DNA of 62,951 bases, filler included, from Reticulomyxa filosa (taxonomy: Eukaryota > Protista > Foraminifera): NCBI GenBank assembly GCA_000512085.1. It is 17 parts of 17 records of this genome, joined end to end, with 100 filler letters (N's around TTAATTAATTAA, not from the genome) between each part and the next. Parts side by side here need not be neighbours in the genome. Positions count along the whole stretch, not along the records: positions 33,728 to 35,757 come from ASPP01003328.1; positions 35,858 to 38,113 come from ASPP01035769.1; positions 38,214 to 40,658 come from ASPP01036815.1; positions 40,759 to 45,195 come from ASPP01017961.1; positions 45,296 to 46,295 come from ASPP01050667.1; positions 46,396 to 59,252 come from ASPP01013808.1; 11 more parts are not named here. One strand, given 5' to 3'. The notes below the pieces were generated by a model. The model was not told where the DNA came from, did not search any database, and worked only from the letters and a program-made list of their open reading frames with translations. Below, piece by piece: positions 35,703-49,316 of the stretch; position 1 is the stretch's first letter; every line of letters starts with the position of its first letter. The position numbers and the translations under genes were made by a program.

Positions 35703-38700
35703 GTTTGTTGTTGAAAAAAAAAAAAAAAAAGGGGGTTAAAAAAAAAAAAAAAAAAAANNNNNNNNNNNNNNNNNNNNNNNNNNNNNNNNNNNNNNNNNNN
35801 NTTAATTAATTAANNNNNNNNNNNNNNNNNNNNNNNNNNNNNNNNNNNNNNNNNNNNAGAAGGGGGGGAAGAAAAAAAAGATTATAATAAAAAAGAAAAA
35901 GAAAATGGAAAAAAAGAAAAATAAATAGAAAAATAAATAGAAAAAAGAAAGAAAAAAAAAGAAAATAGAAAATTGTAAAAAAAAAAAGAAATGAAAAAAG
36001 TAAAAAAAAGAAAGGAAAAAAAGAAATAAGGTTTTAATTTTATTTTTTAAATTTTTTTTGGTTGGAGAATTGTTGTCTCGTGAGGACAACACAATAGTTA
36101 AGTTTTTTGTTTGTTTTTGTTTATTTAAAAAATATGATAACATACTTATAATATTATAGAATTGGCATTTGGATCATTCAAATGCAAGCTGAAAGAATGT
36201 GGTTAAGATATAAAGTGGGTGCTTATAAATGAGCAAGCATTGCATTCGACCCGGCTGCACAATACAACCAACATCGGACATTTTTATTGTTATGTTCCAC
36301 TTAGCTGCATCATTCTTCCACTTTCTTTGCTGGCAGCAACGCATTGAATATATTAGTGTATATGATAAATATTGTTTCGTCGTTTGGATGATGTTTCTAT
36401 GGATATATATAAATATCATCTGTCCGCATTTCAGATTACCAATAATGCGTTTCCAACATTATCCAGAACTAGCTACTCAACATACAAGCTATTCCTGAAA
36501 GTGATATCTACTAAAAAAAACACAAACACATCTACCAGTGGCAATAGTCGTACCGTCCAGCTCCATTGATAAAAATGTAACAGAATCGTCGTTGTTGAAC
36601 AAAGATGGCACTGTGAACTCGAAGAAGCGCTCAACATAATCGATATTCGCGTGCTCGAGAATTGAACGTTGTTTTCAAGATACCACATCGAAACACGCAG
36701 CCACAAACCCTACGTTTTCAATATCGTTATCAAAAGGAACATGGCGTAATGGAAAGACAAACAAGTTGAAGTGGATTATGATCAAATAGTTACCTTGTCT
36801 TTTTTTTTTCCAATAATCTCCAATTAATCTGTGATTTCTGTACACGTATAGATTTGACGAAAAAATGTACCCCAGTGAAGGGCGTTAGAGCTATTAATAA
36901 TTTGATCATATAATAGTCGGCACATCGTACGTATCCATTGCTGATCATGTTTGGCCGAATTGGAAGCACTGAACAACTTTCCTCGGTGGCAGATGACGGT
37001 GGCAGATGATATTGGCATAGCTTATTATCCACATGACTCCATCCGATAATAATGTGTGTCCCATTGCATTCTCTTCAAATCGCATTTGAGGATCAATCAA
37101 ATACCGAGCATGACCAGTCAATTTGTGAACACGACTTCCAATTTATTAATATCGCCGTTGTCAAGTTGGCGCATCATTCCTCTGGAAATCGGTACGAGCA
37201 CATGCGCACTTGGTAACGTCCAGAAAAAAAAAAAGAACATCTGGGATCTCGCTCAACAATCTTGGAATGGCTTCGCAAATTTATCTATTTGCATATCCAC
37301 AATTGCACTGCCGATCTTAAAGTATACCCATACCACGAAGCGACCACCAGGAGATGACAAAGACACCTTGCTCTATTTCAAGGTATATGTTGTTTGAATC
37401 ATATTTTCAATTTGTTGTAATAATGTCTTAATCAACACAATGTTAGCATGTACCTTTTCTCTGTAGAGTGATGTACTTCAAGGTTTGTAGTGAAAGCAAG
37501 AAAAAAAGATGGAAAGTGATAATAATAATAAGAAGAAAAAGATTAACTTACTGAAAGAAGAAAAGAAAAAAACGAGCCGCAAAAATATCGACGAATATTA
37601 TTGTATGACATATGAAGTGTGTCGATGAATATGATATAAGTAGTAATATTTGTATATAATATATTGATGAAATAAAGTGGATGATGTAGACGAAGATGTC
37701 GACACAATATGCAATCCATAAATGACGTCGACATGGCATATTCACCAAAGATTATGCATAGTATCATGGAGATGTTATGAAACGAAGCTCGAATGTCAAT
37801 AGTATGTTATCTGCTTTCAATTTCACGACGATTGTTATGCAATGCTTCCATTCGACGCGCTCCAACTCATCATTGCATAGAACTTGGTCACATATCGATC
37901 ATCGCACTGTACATGTATTTGTGATTACGTTCTTTGGTAGTCCCACCCGCCCCCCTTTTTGATATCGACAGATCAAAGATATTGAAACATTTCCAAGATA
38001 CTTTTTGTATATGTCTTCGGGTTGGTTTGGTGGAATTGGAGTATGCTGTTCGTTAAGTAAGAGGGCTTCATTGATGCGACTGCCTTTTGAGAAAATTGAA
38101 GTTAAAAAAAAAANNNNNNNNNNNNNNNNNNNNNNNNNNNNNNNNNNNNNNNNNNNNTTAATTAATTAANNNNNNNNNNNNNNNNNNNNNNNNNNNNNNN
38201 NNNNNNNNNNNNNTTTCACATACATTTGCAATTATGTTATACGTGGCTATCAATGTCGACACGCCAAATATACATGGAGATATTTCCAATATACAATTGG
38301 TATGACCTTCGTGTCGATCTGGTGGAAGATAATAAACTTGTGATATATTGCAATTTAATTTGCAAAAGAACCATGGCTATTATCATCAAATAATATTGGC
38401 AGGAAATGATTAAATAGATTACTTCATTCTATGATTAGGATGCCTTTGGAAGAGGATTGAGGTTAAAAAAGACATTGATTATTTTTTATCTTTCTTTCAA
38501 AGCAGTTTGCATTAATTTGTTGTTTGTTGTTTTTTTACAACAGCTATAGAATACACTAAATCAACTGGTGACGAAATCTCAAATAAAGAAAAAGAGGATG
38601 TACAGAATGCAGAAGCAAACACTGCTATCTTCATGAGAACGAAGATATTAGAAAACTTGAAAAAAAAAAAAAAAAAATTAACATATAACGATATGCAAAA

Positions 38701-39639
38701 AAGTAATAATATGGTGACCCTTCTCACAATACACAAACGCTCAATGCAATATTCCCGTTTCGCAAATACATGAACAGTCCTGCCATCGTAAATACTAGTA
38801 CGACTCATCACTCCGTGTTGAAACAATGTCGGCTCCCTTGCCTAGAGAGAAAGCAGCGACTCAACACATTAAACAATGATCAAGTCATTGTATTAAATGT
38901 GAATAAAAATAAGGTCACAAATACTGCCTCCCCAATCGATTGCCATTTCTATTGGCTCCATTTTATCGCCATTGTCGTCATTGGGCACTTGAGACGACGA
39001 CGTCGATACAATGATATCTAATCTTGGGACCACAGTTGTATCAACTTACCTTCTCTATCTTCTTCTTCGCTAATTGCATTGACTGCTGCCAAAGACGTCT
39101 TCGATTGAAATACCACATCGTTGTCATCGCACGTCAATTTTTATTGCAAAGCGTGTCACTGCTGCACCAGCAGAAGAAAGCACGTACGCTTATCACGATC
39201 TCGGAGCCAATACAAAAAAAAACGGAAATGAAAACCAACATTGCCACAATATATATGTATATTGGCAATATTGTCCGTTCGGTCCCTTCGTGGTATAACA
39301 GGCATATGTTCTTGTTGGAGTGAAGTTGTAATCGAGTATGTTTGATGTATGCTGTTCTTATTGCGATGAGGTGCTCTACGTGATTTCGAAGATCTACTGA
39401 GTCTGTGCCTTGACAAAGATGATGAAGGGCATCTGTCCAGAAATTTCTCGATTGTATCACTTTGGTCTACGTATACTTGCCGATTGGGGTCGGAAGAAAG
39501 CCTCGTGGAAACCCAAGCAACTTGTTTGTGTTCGAGCACCATGTGTTGATATCGCAAGGATAGCTCAGTGTGTTGTTGTGGAACACTACGCGATATATAT
39601 AAGTGTGGCCGTGTTCGTAATCCATTCAGTTCGTTATCT

Positions 39640-39797
39640 GCTAACAACCCCTCGTCCGTGTGTCCACGTTGCTGTGCGTACTTTAAAATGTCATTTGCTA
39701 CAAAAAAAAAATTTATTCTCTGATCTGTTCCGCTATGTTTGTTTAATTCACTAACACAATCATTAAATCCAAAAAAATCGTGTTTTTGTAATTTCAT
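39640..39797 (-). pseudogene. Possible CTD-interacting domain (CID)-like fragment in degraded sequence
   Basis: DQRINFFFVANDILKYAQQRG resembles the CID L..LYLANDILQ helix; flanks have no coherent gene structure. Confidence 0.3.
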
Positions 39798-40618
39798 AAA
39801 AAAAAAGTTTTACATTTGCCTACGTACAAACACAAAACGTGTGATTTGTTTGTGTTGAATTTTGTTCGAAAAACAATTGCTGTGAACACATCTATTCTTT
39901 TTTTTGTGGAGAAAAAGAAAACATTTATTTCTGTGATGGCTTTTTATTTAAAATGGAAAGCAGGTGACTTCATGTGCTTTGATTGTGAAAAAAAAGGGGA
40001 CAAAAAAAATTGGGTTATTTGAAAACTTGCTACACCATTGGATAAGTACACATAAAATGGACAAACTAAAAACAACTGCCAAAAAAAACAAACACTTGAT
40101 AGCACTTTTTTTTTTTTCTGTCTTTTGTTTGTAAGTTTGTGTATTGCTGATGCTATTATTGTTGTCACCATGAAGATGGTCATTGGCCTTAAATTGTATC
40201 TTTTACAATTTGACCTGTTTTTGAGCGTGTTGAATTTTCTTTTGTTTCCTCACACGTTTTTTCGGCCGCGGACTAGTTGTCGCTATCTGATTTTGTCCCA
40301 CAGCACTTGCTTCATCTTTTTCGTCCATGCAAACGTCCACATACATATCATTCTCATTATCTTTTATCGTCAAATCCAAGCATCCCAAGTCGACACATTT
40401 CAACAACTCTTCCAGCCATTTTCCTACTCAAAATAAGTATTTGTAATTCGATCCTTGCACATGTGTTGGGTTGTTTGTATACGTAACATTACGTGTGATA
40501 AACGCCATATTTATCGAATTTCCGATTTCTTTTTCTGCACTTTGGACATACCATCCGTCCAGTATTGCTCACACGTTTCTTTCTTATCGGCTGTAATACA
40601 ATATTGCTGGCTCCATAC

Positions 40619-40658
<40 letters not shown>

Positions 40659-41524
40659 NNNNNNNNNNNNNNNNNNNNNNNNNNNNNNNNNNNNNNNNNN
40701 NNTTAATTAATTAANNNNNNNNNNNNNNNNNNNNNNNNNNNNNNNNNNNNNNNNNNNNGTCAGATAAAATTTCTTTATATATATCAGTATTTACTCAACC
40801 TTTCAACTTGCAAGCGTAACCTATTCATAATGCTCCAAAACATGACAATACTAAAATGCTTCCACCAACAAATTTTGTTGTTCTTGTTATGGAATTTTCA
40901 TCTACTGGTTGTCAATCAATATTCGGCAACAAAATAATCAAAATGTCACAAATCAATATCGAACACCTAAAAAAAAAAGTAAATATTAAAAATTGTTTAA
41001 AAAAAGATTGCTAAATTTAATGACTACGATAAAAACACGATTGTCAACTTTTTTAAAGAAATTTTACCAAATCAAATGAAAGAATAAAATTTTTGGAAAA
41101 AATTGTAAATACTTAATAAAAAACCAAAATTATATTTAAAAACTACACGATTTGTAGATATTTTTTAAAAAATTTTTGATTAAATGTTGTTTTTTCATGG
41201 AAAAACACAATAATCTCTATAATGTGGCATTTTATGTATTTTGTCTCTTGACAAATAACGTTTTGCAAGTTTAAAGCACTTATTCTTCTGTCGTCTTGAT
41301 AAAATAGTATGAAGTATTTGAAAAAGACGTGATAAAGTAATAATTCTATCTGCAAAAATTTTTTTTTGTTGGATAAAAAAAGTTTATATTAATGAATAAA
41401 GAAGCAAAGTGACACCAAAAAAAATTCTTGGAATTGAAACAAATTTTTTCATCAGTTTCTCAAAGTTTAAAAGGAAAAAGGAAGATAGTGAAAAAAAAAA
41501 GCACTCACTTTAGAATATTGAAAC

Positions 41525-42344
41525 ATGGGGGTTCAGTGTAGTTGTCTAACAGAATCCCATCCAAGTGCCTCAAGCAAAAGAAACTCAAAAAACAGTAGTA
41601 GTTCTTCTTTGAAAAAAAAGAAGAAAAAAAAAGATAAGCGAAAGAAGAAGAGAGAGCAGCCGTTGCTGAATGAGCGTACAAGCCAAGGGATTTCTTCGTT
41701 GAAAACGTTGGATGGATTACCGAGAAGAGACTATGTAATAGGAGGAGAAGCAGTTGCGACAGAGTCAAGAGGAGCATCGGAGCTCACGAATGAAAGTGAT
41801 CAAAGAGCGTGGGTTGTATCTAATGATCACTTTCCAACATCAATACCAAAAGAGATGGCAATGGATACAGAAATGGAGATGAAGACTAATGCAACCGTGT
41901 ACGATTACGGTTACAATAATAACAATGACTATTACCATCATCTGCCCCAGTATCACGATTCCTCCACTCAGTATGGACAGCAGCAAGAGTGGCATAGCCA
42001 CATGAATGGTGATGACGAGTATTACGATCATGGACGTGGACAAGAGGTCAAAGGTCTTATTTACGAACACGGACTTGAACATGAAACCAATCACGCAATT
42101 GTGATGGCCAGAACCACTACCGTGCCGATTACGACAGTCAATCCACATCAAGACATTGCAAATGACATTCCCATGTACGTACCCCCAGATACGACCCACC
42201 ACTACAGCGATGTCCCTTGGCTTCATGGACGCAAACACGACAACGACGATGACGACGGCACAGTCGCAGCTGAGATAATAACAACCACAATAATGCACCC
42301 TACCAATTGTATTGATAATACTGACATTATTTATCAAGACCATG

Positions 42345-42377
<33 letters not shown>

Positions 42378-43636
42378 GTAACTTTAATAGTAATAATAAC
42401 AATATTAATATTACTATTAATAATAATAATAATAATAATAACGGTAATATCCCAGTGGATGAACCCAATCTACACAATCGCACTTGCACCTCTTTGCTGG
42501 AGGAAGCCATGCTTTGTGACATTCATTCGCCCAATTCGGACATCCAAGCTCCAACCCCATCGGTCAGTTGCATTCTACACACAAACTTTTTTTTTTTTTT
42601 AACACATTTAAATGATGAATAAACAAACAATGGGACAAATGAATTGGACAATGTCTTGAAACAAAGGTTGGAAGAGGACATACTCGAACGCTGACCATCA
42701 CACGGATTTACTCTGGCAACGAGCATAACGTCGCTGCGGTCCAGCCGAATGTCTACACTCCTAATCTCGATACCAATCTCAATCTTAATTCCGATTCCAA
42801 TCTCAACCTCAATCTTAATCTCAATCTCAACCCCGATTCCAATCTCAATCCCAATCCCGAATCACCACACAAGCGCAGCCACAGCCAGAGTCAGAGTCAG
42901 AGTCAAAGTCAAAGTCAAAGTCAAAGTCAAAGTCAAAGTCATAGTCCGAATCACAACCGCAGCCATAGCTATGGCTATACCCACGCTCAGGAGGGGGGAG
43001 GGGGACCATCGTTTCATGAGGCCGAGTGGAAGGCCGGTCACAAGCAGTACTTGGCTCCTCCACCGTCACACCATTCCAACGCGAGGGCCAATTCGCATCA
43101 TTTCGCAAATGTCCATCGATACAGCAGCAAGGAAGATTTATCCAAAATTGTTCACGACAGAGCTGATTCATTTGCAATACCTGGTTTCGTACATACATAT
43201 ATGTATATACTATATACGTCATTTGCTTTAGAAGTAAGATTGAACCAATTTATTATTATTATTATTATTATTGTTGTTGTTGTTGTTATTATTATTATTA
43301 TTATAAAATGCCAATGTAGAAGGCCAAGACTATCACTATCACCAAACGCTGATGGAATCGAGAAATGGATTCAGCCCTATGAATGGCAGCACAATGACTG
43401 GTAGCGATTATTATGGTCAGAAAGGAACATTCGATCACACTCCGGAAATGCTCATGACGTCGAGAAATGCTGCGGATCATGACTTGCATCGCGACTCTTA
43501 TGCACAGCGAAGACACTCTTTCTCCGAGTTCACCATGGACACGCTCGGCTCTCCCGAGCCCTATACCGGACACGCCTTCGGGCAGGCTCAGGTGGCCCCT
43601 ACCAATCACAACAACCTCGCTCAAACTGCTTGCTAA
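41525..43636 (+). CDS. Multi-exon intrinsically disordered hypothetical protein (MGVQCSC start, polybasic stretch, poly-N, NL and SQ repeats)
   Basis: Three GC-richer ORF blocks separated by GT-AG introns; (AAT)n ~42345-42440 and (AGTCAA)n ~42888-42940 coding repeats. Confidence 0.65.
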
Positions 43637-44519
43637 GCTCGCTAACTCTGCCCTTTTATCTTTTGTCCTCTTTTTTTTTTTCTTCTATTTTTGAGTCTTC
43701 CAAGCAAAGAAAGAGATAGGGGAGGTAAAGAGAAGGGAAGAAGGGGAGACAATAAAAAAAAGGACGATTAAAGACAAACTATATTTATAGCTTACTCGTT
43801 TTATTCTTTTTTAAAAAACTTTTTTTTCAAGTATACATTCAATTCTACTTTTTTTTACAAAAAAAAAATCTCAAAATAATATAATATTCCCATATATGTA
43901 CGTATGTGTGTTTTTGTTTTCCTTCGTTTTTCTTTTTTTTTTACTCTTTGATAGGGATTTGAAAAGTGACATTTTGTTAGCTTTTTTTTCTTTGCTTTCA
44001 TTGATTTCAATGCTATGTTCATTGTAAGCAAAGTTAACTTTTTCAGACGAAATTTTTTTCTTTCTCTCCCCTTCCCAAATCTCGATGACAAATATTTCCG
44101 TTTTGGTGTTCAAATATTATGTTGTCTTTGCTAAGAGTGTTTTTTAATTCATGTGATATCATCTAATTACACACTCGCTTTTTGTTTTAATAACACTGAA
44201 GATGAGCGGTTATTATAAAGTTTTTTTAAAAAAAAAGCTTCAGGGAGGAGAGGACAAGGAAAGGGGGGGGGGGGGGGGGGAAGAGAGGCAAGTTGTTGGA
44301 ATCCAAAAAAAAAAATTGGAAGGTATAATCAAATGTTGGTTCAATAGGGGTAAAATGAATTCTCACAATCTATAATCAATGTTTTATTCCCTTTTGCGTG
44401 TTGAAGGACTGAGTGGACTTGGTTTTTCGTTCAGCAAAAAGTGTTTCCCTCTACAAACAGTGTTACTATAAAAAAACAATAGAAGGAAAATGACATTCGG
44501 TCGTCGTTTGTTGGGGGGG

Positions 44520-45100
44520 TAATAGCAAAGATGAAGGTGCAACAGTGTCAATAAATATAATAACATCGTTGATTGCTCTGGTGACATTTGTGTTGATCAC
44601 TTGTTTATTGTCCCGTCATTGCCAAAGAGTGAATGGGACAGAGGAAAGGAAGGACCGTCATGGGGGTAGCAAAGCAAGAGCAAGTTCGTAAAGCCAAGTC
44701 CAAAGTGGAAGCGCAAATGCAAAAGCATTTAGAAAAGCAAATGGAAAAAGGAATACAAAACGAAAAGGAGGAAGAAAAAGAAGAGGAGGAAAAGGGTAAA
44801 GAAAATCAGAGGTCGAAGAATCGGACGAGTTTAAGGACGAATTCGAAGGCGACGAAGACAATGAAGACGAAAAGGAAGTAAACCCAACTGTGCTTCATTG
44901 GATATGGGCGAGTATGTGCATATTTGCTGTTGTTGCTCTCATCAATTGGTGGCTACCTGTCTCCAACATGATTTTTGTTCATGCTACGTACTCTTCCAAT
45001 CCAATGTCTAATGCCATGTTTCTATGGCTGGGAATCGACCCTTTTCTTCATTTGTCCACCAAACTGTTTGTCAATTGCTTTTACGTATACCGATTGAAAG
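44520..45100 (+). CDS. Partial multi-TM protein related to 12190-13218 (frameshifted, truncated by gap)
   Basis: TM segments ATVSINIITSLIALVTFVLITCLL and LHWIWASMCIFAVVALINWW; LFVNCFYVYRL matches LFYSFYLVR of the other gene. Confidence 0.5.
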
Positions 45101-46395
45101 TTTTGCAAAAAAAAAAAAAAATTCATTTTTTTAAACCTTACCTTTTTGTATGGTCACTTATTTTGGGGAGAGGGAAAAAAAAAGGTTCATTTTTTNNNNN
45201 NNNNNNNNNNNNNNNNNNNNNNNNNNNNNNNNNNNNNNNTTAATTAATTAANNNNNNNNNNNNNNNNNNNNNNNNNNNNNNNNNNNNNNNNNNNNAAAAA
45301 AAAAAAAATTAAATAAATAGAATGCCCTTGACTTGGGCAGCAATTGGTGATATTTTCACCAAATAAAATCAATTTTTATTTTTAATTATACCCCCGGATT
45401 GCATCACATTCATCACACTTTTTATAATATTATTTTTTTGAAGAATATAAACACTTAGAATTAAAAAATATATTTTAAGTCTTATCAGTTGCAGTTTCAT
45501 GAAAAAGTTTCGAGTTTGGTTCGAAATACAAATACGAATATAATGTTTACGACATGAAAAATTTGCATTTTCAAAACTAAAACTATTTGTATTGGCACAT
45601 TTTGTTTATAATGGCAATGTCAAAAGAACACTAATTTTAACAAATAATCGTGCATGAACTTCATTGCGCTTTTGTTAAGGAAGAAAACGTATAAAAAAGT
45701 AAATCGTAAAGGCGATTGGTGTGTATTGAACTATTTGCCTGTTACTATAGTCATGCAATAGCAAATTATATATCACTTCTATCAAAACGTATATGACGAT
45801 CTCTGAAAAAACCTGCGACCTCTTTGAGCAGTCAACACATTGCTCCAGGCACAAGGTTTTTCTCTTTGTTTCATTTGATGCATTTGTCTTGCAAGAAAAT
45901 GTAGGATAAATGAAAGTTATATTTGTTGTTGGTATTTCCAAACAACCTACATTAAAAGTAATGGTTCCTGATTTCTTGAATAACTAGCGCAAATCTGCCA
46001 AGATCTATGAATGTCATGCAAGCAATAGTTGATATAATTTGACACCTATCTGCAAGTGATATTACACTCGATATCTTTTCTCCAAAATCATGCAATGAAA
46101 GCACTATGACAAGTCTGCAAACAACTTTTGACAATATTTTTTTTCAATGTACAATTAGAAAATTATTTTACACGCTCTTGGAGATAATAAAATCTGTTCA
46201 AAAAAACGCGGCTGTTCTCTTCAAAAAAAAAATTAAAGGGGAAAACTTTTGATAATTTGGAAGCATCAATATAAGAACAATAAATGAGCTCAGAGNNNNN
46301 NNNNNNNNNNNNNNNNNNNNNNNNNNNNNNNNNNNNNNNTTAATTAATTAANNNNNNNNNNNNNNNNNNNNNNNNNNNNNNNNNNNNNNNNNNNN

Positions 46396-46426
<31 letters not shown>

Positions 46427-46529
46427 AAAAAAAAAAAAAAAAAAAAAAGGTTACAAATTGGGTGTTTCATCTGTTTCTGCCCCCTTGTCCCCCTATGGGA
46501 CTATTTTTTTTTTTAAAAAAAAAAAAAAG

Positions 46530-48012
46530 GTTTCATTCTTACGAGATTAGACGTAGCACAAATGGTTAGATTGCAGATCCTTCGTAATGGAAGTGTGACG
46601 GAAACAATAAATTTAATGGACGGCCACGAAGTCCGCCATGTGCACTGCAACTCTACCATTTCGAGGAGCAAAACGCAATGGACACTATTCGATGGTTGTG
46701 TGCGAGCCACGTTTGGACAAAACTCGCACGAGCTTATTGAATATTACCAATCGCAATTGATCCCCCCAGAGGACGCGGCCATGGAAGAGCAAATCCAGGG
46801 CTCAAGCGAATACTATCCCTTGGACTCGATCATCTTGGAGCTGTCTGCCACACAATTTTCGAGACATTTGCAAAACAATAATACTGAAAATGAAATCAAC
46901 TACTTGCGAGCAAAAGGAGCACCTTATCATTTCTATTGGGGTTTTTTTTTTTTTTAATTATATGTGCATACATATATGCATATATATATACTTATTATTA
47001 ATGCTTTTAATAATTAATGAGACGACTCATCCGTTTGTTTCAAGTATACGTTTTATATGAGTTTACTCACTTATTTATTTGTGTATTTATTTATTTATTT
47101 ATTTTTGATTGTATGGATGTATATGCAATACAGCATTGCAATCCTATGAAAGTGCCTCCAAGCCAAACGTCTCTCTTGCGGGCAATATCGAGTCCTTGCC
47201 TTGGGGTACTGTTCAACAAAAGCGGTATTTTTTCAGTGTTGCCAGAGATAAAATTCGGAATGTGGTTTCTACTTATTACACTGACAGACGCACAGTTATA
47301 TAATCTTCTCTCTGTTACGCAAGAAACATAGATCAAACTCAACATTAAACAAAATGTGCATGTGCACGTGCATGTGCGCAAACCATTTTGTATCAAACAT
47401 GGAAACTTATCCTCAACGCAAAACACATTCAATAATCTTTCTTTTTTTTGGGGGGGGGGGAATTGATGGGTGAAAATGACAAATGACAAATGATCAATGT
47501 TGCAGTCGAGCGGATTTTATGATACTTCACTGATCAAAGAAGATAAATCCACAGGGATAACGTCGATGCAATACACGACCATGCTGCAAATGTTCCCCGA
47601 CTGGAATTCAATCCAAACGGATTACCAAATTGCAAATCGATACACGTGGAGCACAATAATGTCTGGAATGGGTGGCTTTTTCACGATTCTCAATGTCGTG
47701 TTGACATTATTATTACTTTTTTTGGCAAGTGGCTACGACTGTAAAGACGAATGTTATGCGACTTGTTGTCGCTGTTTTGACAAAGATAATACATTTGTCC
47801 AATGGCTCTGCCATTCCTTTCAGTGTTGTGTTAAGTATCCGGGCGTTGCTGGGTATGCCGGTATTACCAAACGTACCTTGCGAAAGCAAACTGAAAACTG
47901 GGCCAAAGAAAGAGAATTAACGGGAAAGTCCACCAACAGAGCCTTGATTGACACTTATGTGCAACAGACATCACGCAAAATCCAAAAGTTGGAAACGTTG
48001 CTAGGGTTTTAG
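46530..48012 (+). CDS. Partial membrane protein with large luminal loop and C-terminal TM (ENaC/DEG- or ERGIC-like TM2 motif)
   Basis: Multi-exon; RYTWSTIMSGMGGFFTILNVVLTLLLLFL followed by a Cys-rich tail and coiled end. Confidence 0.5.
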
Positions 48013-48403
48013 TGACACATTTTAAAAATTTAATATTTTTATTTTTATTTTATGTTATTTTTTTCCCCTCTCCCTTTTTCATTCTTAATGTTCTTGCAAT
48101 AGTAATAGTTCTTTCAAGTCACTTTGACAAATAAATGACCCAAACAATGTAATATCAAAAAAAAATCTCGCCTTCGAGTTTGTATCGTTTTTTTTTTCAT
48201 TCATTCTTGATCCCGTCTAAACAAGAGCGAAGCTCTGTTATAAGAAAGCTTGAATGGTCCATTTTGTAAAGGCAAACCAATGAAAAGGAGTTGAATATTG
48301 TGGAAATACTGTGTGCATCCAAACAGTTTTTGGATTTGACAGTTGGGCTGGTCACATTGAAAAAAAAAAAGCATAAGCCCAGCAGTTGCCAAGATAAACA
48401 ATT

Positions 48404-49203
48404 ATGTATAATACATCAAGGCCCGGAGGAGAAGGTAGTGGTGTAGATGTGAAAAAATGGTTGGCGGACAATAAGTTAACCGAAATCGAAAAGGTATTTC
48501 TCGAACGAGAAGTACAAATCGAAGAACTTGCCGACTTTGAAGCAGCCGAGTTGACCGACTTTGCAAAGGACTTAGGTAAGCCTTTTTTTGATTGGTTGTG
48601 ACAAGCTTTGAAAGCCAAAGCAAGGGAATAAACCAAAAAAATAAAATAAAATAAAAAATGAAAGGTTTGGATACGTTGCAACGTCGTCGGTTTGTGAAGG
48701 CGATCCAAGATATGCGTAAGCCAAAGGGAATGTCGTATGGTGAATCGGGCGGCGTGACAGGAATGTCGACGACGGGATCGTTTGGAGTGACGACAAGTTC
48801 GTATGGAACGACAAGTTTGTCATCCACATTTGGTACTACAGGCCTGTCGTCGACCTTTGGTTCGACGAGCTACGGAGGCGAACCGTCGGGCACGACTTCG
48901 CGAAGTGGCAATGTGCATGTCATGGTATCGCCACAAGAACACAAGGCGATGAACAGGTTGCACCAGGTTCTGGACAAGTGCAACTACTTGTTGCAGCAAC
49001 TGGAACAGTCTCCGGCAGCCTTGAAGGCCAGCTGTGCCGATTGTGACGCGGAAATTAATGAAAAGTTTGATCGCATTGCCGCCACGGTCGAGGACAAGAG
49101 AAAGCAACTGCTCCGTGGTGTCGATTCGTTAAAGCAAGAGAAGGAATCTAAATTGAATGAGCAATTGTCGTCGTTGGTTGGATATCAACAAATGATTGTT
49201 TCT
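48404..49203 (+). CDS. SAM-domain plus TRIM/BBC-like coiled-coil protein (exons 48404-48575, 48665-49203); true 3' part missing
   Basis: DVKKWLADNKL...IEELADF..ELTDFAKDL|GLDTLQRRRFVKAIQ is a SAM fold; G/T/S-rich linker; heptad coiled coil. Confidence 0.75.
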
Positions 49204-49316
49204 GTTTAGTTGTTTTTTTTTTTTTTTTTTTTATTAAAAAAAAAAAATTTGTACTTTGTAATCATTTCTTTAATAAAAGCCACTTTTTTTTTTTTTATTT
49301 TGTTTGTTGGAAATAG

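Noticed and set aside
35858-36040. Purine-rich tract giving a Phe-rich antisense ORF
   Set aside because: Low-complexity contig end, likely poor-quality read sequence.
41840-43231. Hydrophobic poly-I/L/V ORFs in alternative frames and strands
   Set aside because: Shadows of (AAT)n and hexamer coding repeats in the real + strand gene.
45296-46295. Short ORFs on a 1-kb contig
   Set aside because: No recognisable motifs.
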